Shown: piece by piece, positions 57,026 through 64,000 of the stretch
Numbering within the stretch: position 1 is the stretch's first letter
How the letters are laid out: every line of letters begins with the position of its first letter
Assembly (NCBI GenBank): GCA_963709345.1
Contig: CAVPVX010000001.1
Location: forward strand, 291,480-355,479
Reading direction: 5' to 3'
DNA length: 64,000 nt
Source: an uncultured Actinomycetes bacterium
GTDB lineage: Bacteria > Actinomycetota > Thermoleophilia > UBA2241
The notes under the pieces: generated by a model
The model's database searches: none
Told to the model about the DNA's origin: nothing
Seen by the model: only the letters and a program-made list of their open reading frames with translations
Made by a program: the position numbers and the translations under genes

Positions 57026-57188
57026 GTCTACCCGTTTGAAGCCGGCAGCCGGAAGAGAGCGCCGTCAAGAGCGGGGGCCGCGCGTCGCGCGGCCGGACGC
57101 CAGAGAGCCGATTCGATTCCTCCGACGTGGGTACACGCAGTCGGGAAGCGTCCAGCTATTCCCTTGGGAGGCTTTCTGCACATGACCG

Positions 57189-57692
57189 ATGGGAGCAACG
57201 AGCCGCGGCTCAGCGACGCTGTGGGCGAGCACGGAGGGCTTGACCGACGCCGTCGCGGCGCTGCGGCCGAGGCGATCGAGGCAGTCCGGCCGGACGGGGC
57301 CGTCGCGGGAGATCGAGTGGCTCGCTTCGGCCCTGCCTCCCGCGCTCGCGAACGAGACCGTCATGAGCCTCGTGTAGATCAACCTGTGGGACAATGCCGT
57401 CACGTGCACGTCCCCGCACCCGCGAGCCCGCATCGAGATCGGGGCCCGCAACGGCGCGGACGCAGCAGTCTACCGGGTCCGCGACGACGGGGTGGGGTTC
57501 GACCCGGCCTACACGGACAAGCTCTTCGGCGTGCTCCAGCGGCTGCATCGCAACGAGGTGTTTGAAGGCACCGGCATCGGCCTGGTCACGGTCAGAAGAG
57601 CGATCAAGCAGCTCGGCGGGCGCACCCGGGCGGAGGGGGCCGCGGAGGCCGGAGCGACCTTCTACTTCGCGCTTCCACGAAGCAAGGGTTGA
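57189..57692 (+). pseudogene. sensor histidine kinase remnant (HATPase_c only), 5-prime truncated, in-frame TAG at 57375-57377
   Basis: The reading is ...LPPALANETVMSLV-TAG-INLWDNAV (N box)...VRDDGVGFD (G1)...KLFGVLQRLH (F)...GTGIGLVTVRRAI (G2)...GATFYFALP. No H-box or sensor region fits in the 163 nt upstream. Confidence 0.7.
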
Positions 57693-57753
57693 CCCGGAGG
57701 CATGGCGCGGCGAGCGCCGTGACCGGTTAGCCTCGGGGTAAGCTCATGCGCAG

Positions 57754-59601
57754 ATGAAGACCTTCTGGCGCATCCTCAAGCTGCTCGGCGACTACAAGTG
57801 GCTCACCTTCGTGGGCTTCACGCTCGCTTTCGCCCAGATGGGCCTCGGGCTGCTCGTGCCGCGCATCATCCAGCTCACCATCAACAACGCGCTGATCGGC
57901 GGCGATACCGGGCTGCTGGTCACCTACGGTCTCGCTCTTCTCGGCATCGCCTCGGCCCGCTTCGTCGTCGCCGTCGGGCGACGGCTGGCCAGCGGCAAGG
58001 CGAGCCTCGGCATCGAGTACGACCTGCGTAACCGCATGTGGAGCCACCTGCTCCGACAGTCCTTCGGCTACTTCGATCGCTGGCCCACCGGGCAGCTCAT
58101 GAGCCGGATCATGAGTGACGTCCAGAACGTGCGCATGTTCCTCGGCTACGGCATCGTCTTTTTCGCCACCAACATCGTGATGATGATCGCCGTGGCCGCG
58201 ATACTGCTTCTGCTCGACTGGCGGCTCGGGCTGATGTCCCTCGCCTTCCTGCCCTTCTTGCTGCTCGTGACGGTGCGCTTCAGCCAGCGCCTGCAGCCGA
58301 TACTCAAGGACGTGCAGCAGAGGATCGCCGATGTGACGGCGACCGCTGAGGAGAACGTGGTCGGCAGTCGCATCGTGCGCATCTTTGCGCGCGAGGATGA
58401 CGAGCTCGAGAAGTTCAGCAGTCGCAGCTACAAGGTCTTCGAGGCCAGCGTCGCGGCGGCGCGTACCCGGGCCGTCTACATACCGCTGATCGCGTTCATT
58501 CCCAATCTGGCTGTCGCCGTCCTCCTGTACTACGGCGGCCGACAGGTGATCCAGGGTCAGCTGAGCCTGGGTGCGCTGGTCGCCTTCTACAGCTACCTGA
58601 TGATGCTCGTGTATCCGGCGCAGGTGATCGGCTGGCTCACCGGTCTGGCACAGCGGGCGATCGCGAGCGGCGAGCGGGTCTACGACGTCTTGGACTCGCC
58701 CCTTGAGATGACGGAGCGGCCGGGCGCGAAGCCTCTGGTCGGGCCGCTCGGCCTGCCGGCGGAAGAGGGCGCCGGGCCGGCAGGCCCCGCCGGCACCGTC
58801 ACCTTCGACGACGTGTGGTTCAGCTATGTCGACAGGCCGGTGCTGCGAGGCGTGAGCCTCGAGGTGCCGGCCGGCCGCACCCTCGCGCTTGTCGGCCACA
58901 CTGGGTGCGGCAAGACCACGCTGACCAACCTCGTGCCGCGCTTCTACGACGTGAGCGCCGGCCGCGTCCTCATCGACGGCCAGGACGTGCGCGACCTGCG
59001 GACCGCCGATCTGCGCGGCCACATCGGCATCGTCACGCAGGATCCCTTCCTCTTCAGCGCCTCGATCGCCGAGAACATCCGCTTCGGACGGCCCGAGGCG
59101 AGCGAAGAGGATGTGCGGGCGGCGGCGCGTACCGCGCAGGCCGACGACTTCATCGAGGCACTCCCCGAGGGTTACGAGACGGTCGTCGGCGAACGCGGAT
59201 TCACGCTCAGCGGCGGCCAGCGCCAGCGCATCGCGATCGCGCGGGCGCTCGTCATGGACCCGCGCATCCTCATACTCGACGACGCCACCAGCAGCGTCGA
59301 CGTCGAGACCGAGTTCAGGATCCGGGCCGCGCTGACGGAGGTGATGCGCGGCCGCACGACCTTCATCATCGCCCATCGGCCCTCGACCATCTCGCTGGCC
59401 GACGAGGTCGTGGTGCTCGATCACGGCCGGATAGAGGAGCGCGGCACCCACGAGGAGCTGATGGCGGCGGGAGGCCTCTACGCGCACATGTTCGGCGACG
59501 CGGAGCGCGCCGGTTGCGACCTGGATGTCGTGGCGGCGGGCGAGTCCGCGGCGGAGGCCGGCGGCGCGACAGGCCCGGCCGGCTCGGGGAGCGCCGCCTG
59601 A
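57754..59601 (+). CDS. ABC exporter, fused permease/ATPase (type I, half-transporter)
   Basis: Six TM helices, then GHTGCGKTT, LSGGQRQRIAIARAL and LILDDATSSVD. Confidence 0.9.
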   Translation: MKTFWRILKLLGDYKWLTFVGFTLAFAQMGLGLLVPRIIQLTINNALIGGDTGLLVTYGLALLGIASARFVVAVGRRLASGKASLGIEYDLRNRMWSHLLRQSFGYFDRWPTGQLMSRIMSDVQNVRMFLGYGIVFFATNIVMMIAVAAILLLLDWRLGLMSLAFLPFLLLVTVRFSQRLQPILKDVQQRIADVTATAEENVVGSRIVRIFAREDDELEKFSSRSYKVFEASVAAARTRAVYIPLIAFIPNLAVAVLLYYGGRQVIQGQLSLGALVAFYSYLMMLVYPAQVIGWLTGLAQRAIASGERVYDVLDSPLEMTERPGAKPLVGPLGLPAEEGAGPAGPAGTVTFDDVWFSYVDRPVLRGVSLEVPAGRTLALVGHTGCGKTTLTNLVPRFYDVSAGRVLIDGQDVRDLRTADLRGHIGIVTQDPFLFSASIAENIRFGRPEASEEDVRAAARTAQADDFIEALPEGYETVVGERGFTLSGGQRQRIAIARALVMDPRILILDDATSSVDVETEFRIRAALTEVMRGRTTFIIAHRPSTISLADEVVVLDHGRIEERGTHEELMAAGGLYAHMFGDAERAGCDLDVVAAGESAAEAGGATGPAGSGSAA

Positions 59602-61421
59602 TGGCCGCCGCCCGCCACAGCCAGCGCGACGCCGGGGCCAGCCTCGAGGAGCTGCGCGGCTGGCGCGCCTTCGTGCATCTGGCGCGGGAGCTGAAGCTCG
59701 CCCGGCTCGCGCGCCTCGCCTACCCGTATCGCCGCCGCGCCGCGCTCAGCATCGTCGCCATGCTCCTCGTGACGCTCAGCGGACTCACCGTGCCGTACCT
59801 GCTCAAAGTCGCCATCGACGGCGGCATAAGCGCCGGCGACGTCGACGTCCTCACCTGGGTGATCGTCGCCTTCATCGGCGTCAGCCTCGTCAACCTCGGC
59901 GCCAGCTACCTCCAGACCTATCTGACGAGTTGGGTGGGCTCGCACATCATCTACGACCTGCGGCGCCAAGTGTTCGCGCACTTGCAGAAGCTGAGCCTCG
60001 ACTTCTTCAGCCGCCAGAAGACGGGCTGGATCGTGAGCCGACTCACCAACGACATCGACGCCCTGGACCAACTCGTCACCGAAGGCGTCACTTCGCTCAT
60101 CACCAACTCGCTGACCTTCCTCGGCGCCATCGCCTTCCTCTTCATCCTTGACTGGCGACTCGCCCTGGCGACCCTCACGATCATGCCGCTGTTGATCGCG
60201 GCAACGCTCGTCTTCCGCTCCCACTCGGCGCGCGCCTACGCCGAGGTGCGCAACAAGATCGGGGACGTAAGCGCCCACCTGCAGGAGTCAATCTCCGGCA
60301 TCCGCGTACTCAAAGCCTTCCGCCGCGAGGCGAGCGACTACGAGCGCCTGGCCGTCGCCAACGCGGCCTATCGTGACGTCAACATGCACACCGTCGTGCA
60401 GAGCGGGCTCTACTTCCCGTTCGTCGAGTTCATGTCGGCCACCGCCGTGCTCATCGTGATCTGGTACGGCGGCAGGCTGATCGGCGGCGACACGCTCGAG
60501 ATCGGGGTCCTGGTCGCGTTCATCGGGTACCTGAACAGCTTCTTCGACCCTCTGCAGCAGCTCAGCCAGCTCTACAACACCTTCCAGGCGTCGATGGCCG
60601 CGGTGCAGAAGATCTACACGGTCCTCGACACCGAGCCCGACATGCTCGATGCCCCCGATGCGGTCGATCTGACCGACGTGCGCGGCTTCGTGGAGCTGCG
60701 CGACGTCACGTTCGGCTACGACCCGGACAAGCCGGTGCTTCACAACGTGAGCCTGCAGATCCCCGCGGGGAAGACAGTCGCGCTCGTCGGCGCCACCGGC
60801 GCCGGAAAGTCGACGGTCATCAAGCTGCTGGCGCGCTTCTACGACCCTACCGACGGATCGGTGCTGGTGGACGATCACGACCTGAGGCAGGTCACGGCGA
60901 GTTCGCTGCGCGAGCAGCTCGCCGTCGTGCCGCAGGAGGCCTTCTTGTTCAGCGGCTCGGTGATGGACAACATCCGCTTCGCCCGCCCAGCGGCCGTCGA
61001 GGACGAGGTCAAGCGCGTCGCGCGGATCGTCGGCGTGCACGACTTCGTCGAGGGCCTGCCAGACGGCTACGACACCGAGGTCCAAGAGGGCGGCGCCGCG
61101 CTCAGCACCGGGCAGCGCCAGCTCATCAGCTTCGCGCGGGCACTGCTCGCCGACCCGCGCATCCTGATCCTGGACGAGGCCACGAGCAGCGTCGACGCCG
61201 AGAGCGAGCGCCGCATCGAGCGCGCCATGGAGGTGCTCTTCAGCGGCCGCACCAGCATCATCGTCGCTCACCGGCTGAGCACCGTGCGCTATGCCGACGA
61301 GATCCTGGTCATCGACGCCGGCAGGGTGGTGGAGCGCGGCGATCACGCTACGCTGGTCGCCGCCGGAGGCCGCTACGCCGGTCTCTATCGCGACTGGGAG
61401 GCGACAGGGATGGCGGTCTGA
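59601..61421 (+). CDS. ABC exporter, fused permease/ATPase, partner half-transporter
   Basis: TGATG overlap with the upstream gene. Contains GATGAGKST, LSTGQRQLISFARAL and LILDEATSSVD. Confidence 0.9.
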   Translation: MAAARHSQRDAGASLEELRGWRAFVHLARELKLARLARLAYPYRRRAALSIVAMLLVTLSGLTVPYLLKVAIDGGISAGDVDVLTWVIVAFIGVSLVNLGASYLQTYLTSWVGSHIIYDLRRQVFAHLQKLSLDFFSRQKTGWIVSRLTNDIDALDQLVTEGVTSLITNSLTFLGAIAFLFILDWRLALATLTIMPLLIAATLVFRSHSARAYAEVRNKIGDVSAHLQESISGIRVLKAFRREASDYERLAVANAAYRDVNMHTVVQSGLYFPFVEFMSATAVLIVIWYGGRLIGGDTLEIGVLVAFIGYLNSFFDPLQQLSQLYNTFQASMAAVQKIYTVLDTEPDMLDAPDAVDLTDVRGFVELRDVTFGYDPDKPVLHNVSLQIPAGKTVALVGATGAGKSTVIKLLARFYDPTDGSVLVDDHDLRQVTASSLREQLAVVPQEAFLFSGSVMDNIRFARPAAVEDEVKRVARIVGVHDFVEGLPDGYDTEVQEGGAALSTGQRQLISFARALLADPRILILDEATSSVDAESERRIERAMEVLFSGRTSIIVAHRLSTVRYADEILVIDAGRVVERGDHATLVAAGGRYAGLYRDWEATGMAV

Positions 61422-61523
61422 TCGGCCCGGCGGCGCTTCGCGAGTCAGGCGCACGGCGTCGTGCCCACGGCGGCCTGTGTACGGTCGGGGCGGAGCGAGG
61501 GCCGCGCCGTCGCGTGCCGGCGG

Positions 61524-62525
61524 CTACGCCGACAGCTCCGCGACGGCGCCGGTCTCGCGCGTCACATACCCTCCAAGGCCGTCGATGGACCGCTTGAAGT
61601 CGTCGTCGTTGAGTAACGCGAGCAGCGGCGCGAGCAGCTCGCTCTCGTAGTGCTCGCGCGGCGTCACGAGGTCGTAGCGCTCTTCGATCACCGGCACGAA
61701 GTCGAGGCCGTGAGCACGCGCCGCCGGCAGGATGCCGAGCGCGACATCGGCGGCGCCGGATGCGACAGAGCGAGCGGCCGCCTCGTGTGTCATCACCTCA
61801 TCCTCGTAGCCGACGACCGTGACGGGGTCGACTCCGGCGACCGCGAGCAGCCGGTCGAGCCACAGACGCGTCCCGGAACCGCGATTGCGGTTCACGAGGC
61901 GTGCGCGCCCAGCGACGGCCTCAGCGAGGCCGGCGAAGCCGTGGGGGTTGCCCGCCGGCAGGATGAGCCCCTGCTCGCGGTGGGCGAGGGTGACCAGCAC
62001 GAGAGCGCGGCCCGGGAACAGGGCCCGCGCGTACGAGCGGTTGAACTCGCCGCTCTCAACGTCGAACAGGTGGCAGCCGGCCATGTGCCCAAGGCCGTGC
62101 CGCAAAGCGATCAGCCCCTCGAGGCTGCCCACGGCCATGGTCACGACATCGGGCGCCGTCTCGTCGTCGCGCAGGCGGCGCGCCAGCACGTCCAGAGCAA
62201 GGTCGTCGCTGCCCAGGATGACGAGCAGCCCACGCGCTTCGGGCTCCGGCAGCACCATGAAGTTGACTGCGTAAGCGCGCGCCGTAGCACAGTAGAACTT
62301 CTCGACGTAGCCTTTGGTCGACCGCGTCTCGACGAGGTCCACGAGCCCCGCTCGTTCGAGGCTCAGGATGTGATGTCGGACCCAGGCCGGGTGGTGCCCG
62401 ACGGCGTCGCCCAGCTGGGTGAGGGTCGCCTGCCCGCGCATGAGCAGCCTGAGCAGGCACAGCCGCTCGTCGTTGGCGAGTACGCGCACCGTGTCGATGG
62501 CGTCTATGTGACTGATCTCTTCCAC
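61524..62525 (-). CDS. ArsR-type HTH fused to periplasmic-binding-protein-like (molybdate/tungstate-type) domain
   Basis: Contains RLCLLRLLMRGQATLTQLGDAVGHHPAWVRHHILSLERAGLV, then GSGTRLWLD and ADVALGI, typical of PBP-like regulator domains. Confidence 0.75.
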   Translation of the reverse strand: MEEISHIDAIDTVRVLANDERLCLLRLLMRGQATLTQLGDAVGHHPAWVRHHILSLERAGLVDLVETRSTKGYVEKFYCATARAYAVNFMVLPEPEARGLLVILGSDDLALDVLARRLRDDETAPDVVTMAVGSLEGLIALRHGLGHMAGCHLFDVESGEFNRSYARALFPGRALVLVTLAHREQGLILPAGNPHGFAGLAEAVAGRARLVNRNRGSGTRLWLDRLLAVAGVDPVTVVGYEDEVMTHEAAARSVASGAADVALGILPAARAHGLDFVPVIEERYDLVTPREHYESELLAPLLALLNDDDFKRSIDGLGGYVTRETGAVAELSA

Positions 62526-62615
62526 GGCGGGGTTCCTGGCGAACTGCGTCCTTCGACGTACCGGCCTTTAGGCAATCCTTAGCGTCGCCCAGAGTCGCAG
62601 CCGCCTGCGCGGGTG

Positions 62616-63926
62616 TCAAGCATCCGCGGGCGCTCCCGGCGGTGGTACGCTGCGCGGGCCCATGGCGATGGGTGCGCGCACGTCGCGCCACGCCAACTGG
62701 AAGACGCTGACGAAGATCGCGACCCCGGCGCTGACCCACAGGACGGTGGTGATGCCGAAGGCATCGGCCAGCGGGCCGGCCAGCGCCAGCCCCGCCGGGT
62801 AGAACGCCAGGGAGCCAAGGTAATCGTAGCTCGAGACGCGCGAGATCATGCGAGGAGCGACCACGCGCTGCATGCAGGTCGTCCAGAACGGGTCGTAGAG
62901 ACCCCACTCGACGCCCATGGCCATCATCGCGAGGTACAGCATCCAGACGGGAGCCTCCACGGCGAGCAGGGCGACCGGGAGTGCAGCCAGGCTCATGCCC
63001 GCGGCGATCACGAGCATCGGCCGGCGCGGCCGCCAGCGCAGGCTGAGCAGGCCGCCGGCGATCTGGCCGAGGCCCATCGCGGCGGAGGTGAAGCCCCAGG
63101 TGCGCGCTCCGTCGTAGACATCGCGCGCCACTATCGGCCCCAGCACCTGGATCGGTCCGTCGATCGCGAAGAGGAACATGGAGGCGCCGGCGACCATCAC
63201 CCACAGCCAGGTGTGGCTGGTGAACTCCTGCCAGCCGGCGGCCAGGTCGCGGAAGAAGCTCCGCCCGGCGACGGAGCCGGCGGCCTGAGCGTCCACGAGG
63301 CCCGCTTCCTCCACCGGCTCCCGCCGGCCGCGAAACGCCGCCGGCCGAAGCCGCAGCAGGAACCACGCGCTGACGAGATACGTGAGGCCGTCGATGCCGA
63401 TCCCCCAGCCGGGGCCGACGGCGGCGACCACGAGGCCGGCCGAGAGAGCGCCGATCGTGATCGAGCCGCTCATCACGAGGCTGCTCAGCGCGTTCGCCTG
63501 CTGAAGACGTCCCTCGCTCACCACCTGTGGAATGAGCCCGATCGCCGCCGGCCGGAAGAACGCCTCGCACGCGCCCATGCCGACCTGCAGCAGCGCAAGG
63601 TGCCAGACCTCGGCGACTCCGGCTATGAGCAGCCCCGCCGTCGCGCACTGCAGGCCGAACCGGACGACGTCGGCGACCAGCATGACCTTCTGCCTGGGCA
63701 GACGATCCGCCCACACGCCGCCGATCAGCAGGAAGACGGCCAGCGGCACCAGATTGGACGCCTCGACGATACCGATGTCGGTGGCCGAGCCTCCGATGTC
63801 GAGGACGGCGAAGGGAAGCGCGACGATCGTGAACATGACCCCGACCACGGAGGTCGCCTGGCCGAGGAACAGCTTGCGATACTCGGGTTCGCGCAGCGCT
63901 GCAAGGCTGTCGGAGAGCTTGCCCAC
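62616..63926 (-). CDS. MFS transporter (MFS_3/EntS-like), paralog of 19780-21090
   Basis: YRKLFLGQATSVVGVMFTIVALPFAVL...IGGVWADRLPRQ mirrors the first MFS gene. GTG start at 63926. Confidence 0.85.
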   Translation of the reverse strand: MGKLSDSLAALREPEYRKLFLGQATSVVGVMFTIVALPFAVLDIGGSATDIGIVEASNLVPLAVFLLIGGVWADRLPRQKVMLVADVVRFGLQCATAGLLIAGVAEVWHLALLQVGMGACEAFFRPAAIGLIPQVVSEGRLQQANALSSLVMSGSITIGALSAGLVVAAVGPGWGIGIDGLTYLVSAWFLLRLRPAAFRGRREPVEEAGLVDAQAAGSVAGRSFFRDLAAGWQEFTSHTWLWVMVAGASMFLFAIDGPIQVLGPIVARDVYDGARTWGFTSAAMGLGQIAGGLLSLRWRPRRPMLVIAAGMSLAALPVALLAVEAPVWMLYLAMMAMGVEWGLYDPFWTTCMQRVVAPRMISRVSSYDYLGSLAFYPAGLALAGPLADAFGITTVLWVSAGVAIFVSVFQLAWRDVRAPIAMGPRSVPPPGAPADA

Positions 63927-64000
63927 CTACTCGATGCGGGGCAGCCACGCAAGCCAGCCGGGCAGCCACCAGCTCCGGCGCCCCAGAAGTCTCATCGCGG

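Noticed and set aside
57375-57377. Amber codon read as pyrrolysine (an MttB-family gene is in the window).
   Set aside because: The MttB homolog here has no in-frame TAG. No pylTSBCD genes are visible. The TAG sits in a truncated, otherwise scrambled kinase fragment, so a nonsense mutation is the simpler explanation.
63927-64000. Minus-strand reading ...AMRLLGRRSWWLPGWLAWLPRIE-TAG, ending one codon before the MFS GTG start.
   Set aside because: Only 24 codons are visible at the window edge, with Trp/Arg-rich composition. There is not enough sequence to decide whether it is the 3-prime end of a real upstream gene.

Overview
Summary: a 64-kb, gene-dense, very GC-rich window. Codon third positions are almost all G/C, and long spurious antisense ORFs are common.

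Likely source (inference only): chromosomal DNA of a high-GC Gram-positive, Actinomycetota-like organism. Anaerobe-style markers are present: two rubrerythrins, a non-pyrrolysine MttB-family methyltransferase and a tryptophanase-type lyase.

Content: I support about 70 protein-coding genes. I saw no rRNA, tRNA, CRISPR array or intact mobile element.

Main blocks, left to right:
- Partial STAS gene and tandem rubrerythrins (1-1729).
- DUF2207 membrane protein followed by a cluster of broken small ORFs (2393-5166).
- Secreted and membrane proteins, and agmatine deiminase (5550-8660).
- Methyltransferase, SGNH hydrolase and SRPBCC genes (8858-11034).
- MacB/FtsX-type ABC system with a frame-broken permease (11308-14706).
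- Oxidoreductases (14842-17794).
- DrrA-like ABC-2 exporter plus an MFS transporter (17909-21090).
- A gene-poor islet with DUF1059, an orphan 5-prime-degraded AbiEi-like gene and strong hairpins (21400-23300).
- msrB and a tag-like gene, a NifX-like gene, and an XpaC-like/TelA pair (23897-27713).
- DUF427, MarR and a frame-broken secreted protein (27771-29470).
- A divergent OsmC-methyltransferase / ArsR-ferredoxin-Zn-ribbon module with a 32-bp operator palindrome (30855-32709).
- C45 acyltransferase, DUF255 thioredoxin-domain protein and a Grx-DUF302 fusion (32935-36893).
- A 9.5-kb minus-strand gene string: ECF sigma, anti-sigma, fabZ-fabH-fabD-fabG-fabF, accD-accA, an unknown ORF and an ABC-2 exporter (36903-46448).
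- Ureohydrolase, MttB, an IS1595-zinc-ribbon::TetR fusion and a corrinoid-cap-like remnant (46567-50708).
- OYE flavoenzyme, aminotransferase, YheO regulator, tryptophanase, and XRE-cupin and GntR regulators (50994-57025).
- Histidine-kinase remnant, heterodimeric ABC exporter, HTH-PBP regulator and a second MFS transporter (57189-63926).

Recurring features:
- Stop/start overlaps (TGATG, ATGA, GTGA) occur at many junctions.
- At least six to eight local frame or nonsense disruptions are present. These point either to indel errors in the assembly or to ongoing gene decay.

Candidates I rate most worth follow-up:
- The sigma/anti-sigma-coupled lipid-synthesis operon that lacks acpP.
- The transposase-derived zinc-ribbon::TetR regulator beside an MttB gene that has no intact corrinoid partner.
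- The zinc-ribbon XpaC-like/TelA pair.

Limits: all functional calls rest on motif recognition by eye. No database search was possible. CDS coordinates include the stop codon.
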